Assembly (NCBI GenBank): GCA_021787535.1
Contig: JAJYLR010000001.1
Location: 211,648-275,647 of the forward strand
Origin: a bacterium
GTDB taxonomy: Bacteria; Patescibacteriota; CPR2; UBA1875; JAJYID01
Direction: 5' to 3'
DNA length: 64,000 nucleotides
Under the pieces are notes generated by a model. That model saw nothing but the letters and a program-made list of their open reading frames with translations. It made no database searches and was not told where the DNA came from. The position numbers and the translations under genes were made by a program. Shown one piece after another: positions 58,245 to 64,000 of the stretch (within the stretch, counting starts at the first letter, position 1; every line of letters starts with the position of its first letter).

Positions 58245-58898
58245 ATGAAACTTCTACTGACATCTGATGGGTTGACTAATCAATCAATTTCGGAAACTTT
58301 TTTGAAATTGATTGGTAAAAACCCTTCAAAATCAAAGGTGGTTTTTATCCCGACCGCATCAAATATTATTGCTAAAGATAGACAGTGGATGGTCGATGAA
58401 TTTTTGAAGCTCAAGAAGCTTGGATTTTCATATGTTGATATGGTTGACATTGCTGCTATTGCAAAAGAAGATTGGGAACCTAGATTTAGCAGTGCTGATG
58501 TTTTGCTCTTTGCTGGAGGCAATCCGTTCTATCTGAAATATTGGTTTCAAAAGTCGGGTTTGGCAGACATTCTGCTTAAACTTATAGAAAATAAAGTGTA
58601 TCTTGGTGTAAGCGCAAGCAGTATGATAATAGGTCCGGATTTTCTTATTCAACCAAAACAACAATCTAAAAAATACTTGGAAAAGGGCAAGGAAACGATT
58701 GGTTTGGGAATCATTGACTACGCTATAATGCCGCACTATGAAGAGGGAAGCCAAGACGAGTCAACCGAAAAACATTTAAGAGGTTTTGCAAAAAAGGTTA
58801 AGTTTCCGATTTACGGGATTGATGACAATAGTGCGATAGTAGTTAATGGTGGTAAAAGGGAAATAGTTTCCGAAGGAAAATGGAAGAAATTCGAGTGA
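58245..58898 (+). CDS. Peptidase S51 (dipeptidase E-like, class I GATase fold)
   Basis: LLLTS.G, FIPTA, GGNPFYL, GVSAS nucleophile elbow, PHY. Confidence 0.85.
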   Translation: MKLLLTSDGLTNQSISETFLKLIGKNPSKSKVVFIPTASNIIAKDRQWMVDEFLKLKKLGFSYVDMVDIAAIAKEDWEPRFSSADVLLFAGGNPFYLKYWFQKSGLADILLKLIENKVYLGVSASSMIIGPDFLIQPKQQSKKYLEKGKETIGLGIIDYAIMPHYEEGSQDESTEKHLRGFAKKVKFPIYGIDDNSAIVVNGGKREIVSEGKWKKFE

Positions 58899-58968
58899 AG
58901 CTTTTACTGGCATCAATTAGTAGGCAGGGGTTTCATTCATACTCTGAATCCCATATACTATAACCATT

Positions 58969-59850
58969 ATGCCGTGGTATGCGATAGCGCTAGGTTCGGC
59001 ACTGACTGCCGGACTGTTTCAGATAGTTGAGAAAAAAGTTCTTTTGAAAGAGCATAGTTTATTTTTTCTGGTCACTTCCTCTTTTCTGATGCTTTTGTTT
59101 TCTCTGCCCATGATACCGGCAGGTTTTGTGGGCGCTCTCAGTTCGATAATGTTGGTTTATATTTTGATTAAATGTACTTTTGCTGTAGCTCTTTTTGTCC
59201 TCTGCGCCAAAACCATAAAACATATGGATATTTCTGAGTTTGGGCCGCTTATGAACTTGAGTCCGTTGGTGCTTCTGGTGCCGGCTACCCTCTTTCTTGG
59301 TGAAAAGCTAACCGTAATGAATTTCATGGGCATACTTCTGATAGTGGGCGGCGCCTATGTAGTGGAGCTAAAAGACGGCTGGAAAACGCCGCTCAGAAGA
59401 GCAGCTAAGGATAAATATGTTCATTATATATTTTGGTCTGCTATCTTTGTTGCTCTAGCAGCGTCAATGGACAAATTTATCCTGGCCAAGTCAGTTGAGA
59501 TAGATGTGAATACCTTTTTCTTTTATAACCGCCTGTTTATCGCTTTATTGCTTTTGGGCGCGTATTTTATTTTCAGGGATAAGAAACTTAAAGATAGTTT
59601 GCCGGTAACTTTTAAACGATCTTTTTGGTGGATTTTGATTGCTTCAATCCTGTTTATGGCCACAGATTATGTTTATTTTTCGGCTGTCGCTGTGCCGATA
59701 GCGATGGTTGCGCTTGTCATTCCCTTAAAAAGGATGTCGACACTGATTATGACGGTTTTTGGCGGTGAAATGTTTAAGGAAGATAATTTAGTTCGCAAAA
59801 CTGTAGCTTGTCTTATCATGATTGCCGGTGCTGCATTGATCGTGATATAG
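58969..59850 (+). CDS. EamA/DMT family transporter
   Basis: About ten TM helices in two repeats; LFLGEK, FKE motifs. Confidence 0.88.
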   Translation: MPWYAIALGSALTAGLFQIVEKKVLLKEHSLFFLVTSSFLMLLFSLPMIPAGFVGALSSIMLVYILIKCTFAVALFVLCAKTIKHMDISEFGPLMNLSPLVLLVPATLFLGEKLTVMNFMGILLIVGGAYVVELKDGWKTPLRRAAKDKYVHYIFWSAIFVALAASMDKFILAKSVEIDVNTFFFYNRLFIALLLLGAYFIFRDKKLKDSLPVTFKRSFWWILIASILFMATDYVYFSAVAVPIAMVALVIPLKRMSTLIMTVFGGEMFKEDNLVRKTVACLIMIAGAALIVI

Positions 59851-60060
59851 CTTTTCTTAATCTTTATGCTTTAAAGTGTTGACGGGACGGAGGAATTTCC
59901 TTTATAATAGAATATTCCGGTATGGGCAAACCGGAAGGGTACCTTATTATAAGCGATTTGAAGGAGGATAATTTCTGCCTAGCAGGCAATCGTTGCCAAA
60001 CTGAAATTGTCTGCTTGCTATGGAAACTACCTGAAGCCCCCAGCAGGGCGGAAAGGAAGT

Positions 60061-60591
60061 ATGCGGAATGTTATTAAACTGGTTATCCTATTTGGATTGC
60101 TGGTCGTAGTAACGGTTGGATTTTCAACGGCAAGCGCTCAAAAACCTGAAACCATCAATGGTAAGGATCAACTGATCAAGATGGAACAACAGATCTCTGA
60201 GCGTTTGGCAAGGCTGCAGTCTCAACTCGCTGCAGCTGCCCAAAAAGCCGAGCAAGAGAGGCAAGAAGCTGCCGTCAAAGCGGCGGCGGAACAAAAGCGC
60301 CAGGATGAAATTAACCGATATGGTGCTTGGGGTCCGGATATAGTCGATGCTGCTGCCATGTATGGACAAAGTCCTAGCGACCTGTATCTGGCCATGAACT
60401 GCGAAAGCGGCGGAGATCAACATGCAGATAATGGCGTAGATGAAGGGCTTATGCAGTTCGATCCCGGTACCTTTGCCGGTACTCCGTATGGCAAAAGCAG
60501 TATCTGGGACGGCCACGCTCAAATCTATGCTGCGGCATGGATGTGGTCAGTTGGACGCAGAGGAGAATGGCCCGTCTGCGGGCGTTTATAA
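60061..60591 (+). CDS. Secreted lytic transglycosylase (SLT/lysozyme-like) with coiled-coil stalk
   Basis: Signal peptide; CESGG catalytic Glu, GLMQF...TF, W..C. Confidence 0.8.
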   Translation: MRNVIKLVILFGLLVVVTVGFSTASAQKPETINGKDQLIKMEQQISERLARLQSQLAAAAQKAEQERQEAAVKAAAEQKRQDEINRYGAWGPDIVDAAAMYGQSPSDLYLAMNCESGGDQHADNGVDEGLMQFDPGTFAGTPYGKSSIWDGHAQIYAAAWMWSVGRRGEWPVCGRL

Positions 60592-60611
60592 TTCCTCGGA
60601 TGTCTGCTTAT

Positions 60612-60643
60612 GGGCGCTCCAAAGACGATCGGAGCGCCCTTTT
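60612..60643. terminator. Intrinsic terminator between convergent genes
   Basis: gggcgctcc...ggagcgccctttt. Confidence 0.75.
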
Positions 60644-60658
60644 CCTATTCAGTTAGAT

Positions 60659-61006
60659 TTAGAAATAACCTTGGCAGCAATTTGCCGATTTTTCGAGGCA
60701 AGGGCAACCCATCTGATTAAGCGCATAAATGCCGCTTTCAAGGTTTAAGACATTTTTGCCGACGTCGGACAGAAGCTTGGCGATGTGAGAGCTGCGGGCG
60801 CCACTTTTGCAAAGGAGAACAACTTTTTTGTTCCAAGCTATGTCATTCATTTTCAATGGAATGACCGACATAGGAATATTTTTCGAATCCTTAATTCTGA
60901 TTAAGGCATATTCGTCCGGCTCGCGGACATCAACAATTTCCAGTTCTTCTGGATTTGAATCGAATAATTCCTTAAATTCATTTGAGTTAATATTTGTAAC
61001 AGCCAT
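60659..61006 (-). CDS. Rhodanese-like domain protein
   Basis: DVREPDEY, NIP, CKSGARS. Confidence 0.9.
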   Translation of the reverse strand: MAVTNINSNEFKELFDSNPEELEIVDVREPDEYALIRIKDSKNIPMSVIPLKMNDIAWNKKVVLLCKSGARSSHIAKLLSDVGKNVLNLESGIYALNQMGCPCLEKSANCCQGYF

Positions 61007-61094
61007 AGAGAGTATTTAACCAAAGATTCATGTTCAAGTCCAGCATAAAGATCTAAATTACGCGCATTTTTAGAGAATGGCGTTTTCCATCCTT

Positions 61095-61203
61095 TGTCAT
61101 TCTGAATTTAATTCCCCTGAATTACGAAATACATTCTTTCTGCGTCATTCTGGCTTGGCCAGAATCAAAGATTGGCTGGATTCCCGCCTTCGCGGGAATG
61201 ACA
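61095..61203. repeat. Cluster of TGTCAT/ATGACA palindromic elements (hybrid dimer plus degenerate copy)
   Basis: tgtcattctgaatt...; gtcattctggcttggccagaatc ... ctggattcccgccttcgcgggaatgaca. Confidence 0.85.
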
Positions 61204-61316
61204 AATAAAGAAAGGGCTTTTGAATTCACAGATAAAGGCGTTGACACAGTATCTGATTACTGACTAAAATATCAATAGAGAAATAAAAATGCGGGGGTAA
61301 GATAAAAACTCAATCA

Positions 61317-62279
61317 TTGATAAATAAATTATTTGCGGCTGCTACCATTTTAGTCCTAGCGACTGTCTTTGTTCCTTATGTCCATGCTTCAGGCACGCTT
61401 ACTTCCATCTCTGACACGCTGAGCAGGTTAAAGATCTCAACCACAGCTAACCACACGATTACATTTACGACCCCGACGGGCATTGCAAACGGCAATACGG
61501 TGACGCTGACATTCCCTTCGTCGTCATTTACTATGGGCGCGTCGTTGACCGGCGTGACCATCGCAGATAATGGAGGAGCCGACAATGCCGTGACATCGGC
61601 CAGCTACGCTACAAACGTATTAACCATTACAGCTTCAGCTTCAAGCGTTGTTACAGCAGGACATACGGCAACGATCAAAATTCCTTCAGCTCAGATAACA
61701 AATCCGGGTATTGCGGCTACCTATATTATAACGATAGGCGGGACATTCGGAGATACCGGCAGTTTTGCGGCAGTGATTCTCTCGGATGATCAGATACCGG
61801 TGACGGCTAGCGTGGATCCTACTATTACCATGACCGTTGATAATACAACCTTGGCTCTAGGTACGCTTTCGAGTTCTGCCATTGCTACTACAAGTGAAAA
61901 TAATATTGTAGTTGGTACAAACGGCGCTCATGGCTACACCATTGCCGTAAAAGATGCAGGCAATGGCGCTAGTCCAGGGCTTTACAGTTCCGGCGCGTCC
62001 AAACTAGTTGCCTCTGCGACGGCGACGTTGGCAGCTGGTACGGAAGGATACGGCGCAAACTGCAACAAAACTAGCGGCAGCGGCAGCTGTTCCTTTGCCG
62101 ATGGATCGACTAATAATGTGACCGGACTCACTTTGGCTGGCGGGACATTTGCCAGCTATGCATCAACGCCGAGCGGAAATGATACCTTTAGGATCAGAGT
62201 CAAGGCAGCTATCGCTTCCAATACGCCGGCAGGATCTTATGCCGATACCTTGACTGTGATAGGGACGGCGAATTTTTAG
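61317..62279 (+). CDS. Secreted Thr/Ser/Ala-rich beta-sandwich surface protein (WxL-like C-terminus)
   Basis: Signal peptide ending VHA; VTASVDPTIT...GTN..HGY...TPAGSYADTLT..GTANF. Confidence 0.65.
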   Translation: MINKLFAAATILVLATVFVPYVHASGTLTSISDTLSRLKISTTANHTITFTTPTGIANGNTVTLTFPSSSFTMGASLTGVTIADNGGADNAVTSASYATNVLTITASASSVVTAGHTATIKIPSAQITNPGIAATYIITIGGTFGDTGSFAAVILSDDQIPVTASVDPTITMTVDNTTLALGTLSSSAIATTSENNIVVGTNGAHGYTIAVKDAGNGASPGLYSSGASKLVASATATLAAGTEGYGANCNKTSGSGSCSFADGSTNNVTGLTLAGGTFASYASTPSGNDTFRIRVKAAIASNTPAGSYADTLTVIGTANF

Positions 62280-62365
62280 GTTAGTTGATAAGTTTGTTAG
62301 TTTGTAAGTTACTAAGGTTTTAATTGATAAGTTTACTAAGTTGCTAAGGTCGGCAGGATTATTAA

Positions 62366-63370
62366 ATGGGTTTCGATTCGCATAGAAAAATATTGCTTTC
62401 ATTTGCTTGTTTTATAGCGGGAGTTTTTTTGATTTCCGGCACCTTTCTTACAAAGGCGGCAAGCGGCGGACAAGGACTGACTATCTCTCCGCCTATTAGT
62501 GAGTTCACCATCAAACCGGGCGAGAGCGTAACCAAAGATATTAAACTGACTAACCCGACGGATAAAGTTATCACCGTTACTCCCAAAGTGATGGATTTTA
62601 AAGCCAAGGGCGAAAGCGGGGAGCCGGCATTCTATGACGCCAGCGTTGAGGATTCGAGGTATTCTCTTTCAAAATGGGTAACCTTTACTCAGACGGAAAT
62701 AGCTCTGACGCCCCAGCAGGTGGTTGATTTTAAATATAGCATCAATGCGCCAAGTTCCGCCGAGCCGGGCGGGCACTACGGAGTGGTCTTTTTTGCTACC
62801 GACCAAAGCGTGCTTCAGGAGAACTCTTCCAATGTCACTCTAAACAGCATGGTTGGTTCGCTGCTCTTGGTAAAAGTTCCCGGTGACATTACCGAGAACG
62901 CCGCGCTTGACAGTTTTTCCGCTGATCAATTTATTTATTTAAGCGGCAGCCCGAAAATCGATACCTTAGTCAGAAATCTCGGCAATATCCACTTCAAGCC
63001 AGAAGGAGAAATTACCATTAAAAATATGCTTGGCAGCGAATCCGGTAAGTTGACCGTGAATGGGGAAGGTGGCAATGTTCTTCCTGATAGCGCCAGGAAG
63101 TTTGAAAATATTTGGAAAGATGGCAAGTTTCATTTAGGTCTTTATACCGCCAAAGTGCACCTAACTTACGGTGGTTCTGGCAAAACGCTCGACGGGTCTT
63201 TGACTTTCATAATCATTCCTTGGTGGATTTTGATTATTAAACTTGTTGTTCTGGCAGCAATTATAGCTCTCATTATCTGGCTGCTAATCCGAAGGCGCAG
63301 AAAGAAAAAAGCAGCTAAAAACATGCCGCAGCCGCCCCAAAACCCTCCGGGAAAAATCATTTTGCGCTAA
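62366..63370 (+). CDS. DUF916/WxL-interacting-protein-like membrane-anchored surface protein
   Basis: Signal peptide; ISPP...PGE...EPGGHYG...NLGNIH.KP.G...VLP.SAR; C-terminal TM plus RRRRKKK. Confidence 0.7.
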   Translation: MGFDSHRKILLSFACFIAGVFLISGTFLTKAASGGQGLTISPPISEFTIKPGESVTKDIKLTNPTDKVITVTPKVMDFKAKGESGEPAFYDASVEDSRYSLSKWVTFTQTEIALTPQQVVDFKYSINAPSSAEPGGHYGVVFFATDQSVLQENSSNVTLNSMVGSLLLVKVPGDITENAALDSFSADQFIYLSGSPKIDTLVRNLGNIHFKPEGEITIKNMLGSESGKLTVNGEGGNVLPDSARKFENIWKDGKFHLGLYTAKVHLTYGGSGKTLDGSLTFIIIPWWILIIKLVVLAAIIALIIWLLIRRRRKKKAAKNMPQPPQNPPGKIILR

Positions 63371-63591
63371 AACTTAGATACAACGATATGGTTATTTATA
63401 ATCCAGTAGCCATTTCGGGAATTTGTAGAAGCACTGATGTTTTTGCCTTTCTGGTAGACTGTGATTTGCTCGAGAACAACGGCGGAAACGTTAATTTGGT
63501 TTTCATCTTGAGCATAAGAAAAACTAGGCACAGCCAAGACCGAGCCGGCGGCAAAAATAAGCCCAAGGAATAAAAAAGAAGCGAGCTTCAA
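63367..63591 (-). CDS. Small secreted hypothetical protein
   Basis: GGAGGA SD before TTG; signal peptide ending SYA; INVSAVV...STNS..GY echoes the 61317 protein. Confidence 0.55.
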   Translation of the reverse strand: MKLASFLFLGLIFAAGSVLAVPSFSYAQDENQINVSAVVLEQITVYQKGKNISASTNSRNGYWIINNHIVVSKF

Positions 63592-63779
63592 GAAATCCTC
63601 CGCTACTCACTCACCCCATATTAAATTTTATACATCCATCCTGACTCTCAACAGGAATTGTATTGTACCAGAAAAGCATAAGTCTAGGAATAAGAATATC
63701 TGTTGAAAAAATGGGGAAAAGATTTGTTTTCTTTTTATGTTTGAACTAAAATTGTAAGCATAATGAGGGTGTTTGGGTG

Positions 63780-64000
63780 GTGAAGAAAGTAGATACAATC
63801 TTCAAAAGAGCGCCTCGTTTTGTCGTCCGTGAAGCGAGGATGGTTGTTTATAATGTAAATTTCCAAAAACATGCGGGAATAGGACTTGGCACGATTGTGC
63901 TGCTTGCTTTCTTTTGTTTGTCAATCTTTGGTTCTTCTTTTTTTGATACTAAAACTGCTGAAGCGGCGAATACCTGCACTTGGACCGGGGCGGTAAACTC
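63780..64000 (+). CDS. Start of a secreted protein (partial, runs off the window)
   Basis: Open frame from GTG 63780; hydrophobic segment, AEA cleavage-like site, then ANTCTWTGAVN. Confidence 0.6.
   Translation, partial: MKKVDTIFKRAPRFVVREARMVVYNVNFQKHAGIGLGTIVLLAFFCLSIFGSSFFDTKTAEAANTCTWTGAVN

Noticed and set aside
59915-59945. GGGCAAACC resembling a c-di-GMP-I riboswitch
   Set aside because: The downstream GNRA stem and GACGCAAAGC elements are absent

Overview
Chromosomal segment of a bacterium most consistent with Patescibacteria (CPR): reduced 16S helices, Elp3, a membrane-anchored VirB4/TraD-like ATPase, many orphan genes, and standard code 11. It carries core genes (smpB, argS, pyk, pyrG, rmuC, pheS/pheT, purB, gyrB/gyrA, typA), a 16S rRNA gene with no 23S downstream, and three tRNAs (Pro-CGG, Ile-GAT, Ala-TGC). 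No CRISPR array, transposase or prophage was seen. Best leads: (1) a glutaminase-less asparagine-synthetase-like enzyme overlapping Elp3, a candidate cm5U-amidating tRNA modification partner; (2) a family of TGTCAT...ATGACA palindromic elements that is intergenic and also read in frame inside ArgS, a UvrD-nuclease and Elp3; (3) a promoter-driven ~85-nt hairpin sRNA candidate at 31 kb and a ~420-nt structured leader at 48.6-49.0 kb; (4) two modes of gene expression, leaderless genes versus SD-led promoter/hairpin/terminator mini-units; (5) an expanded 16S V1 helix whose stem shares sequence with a dispersed hairpin. All product calls come from motif recognition by eye; no searches were run.
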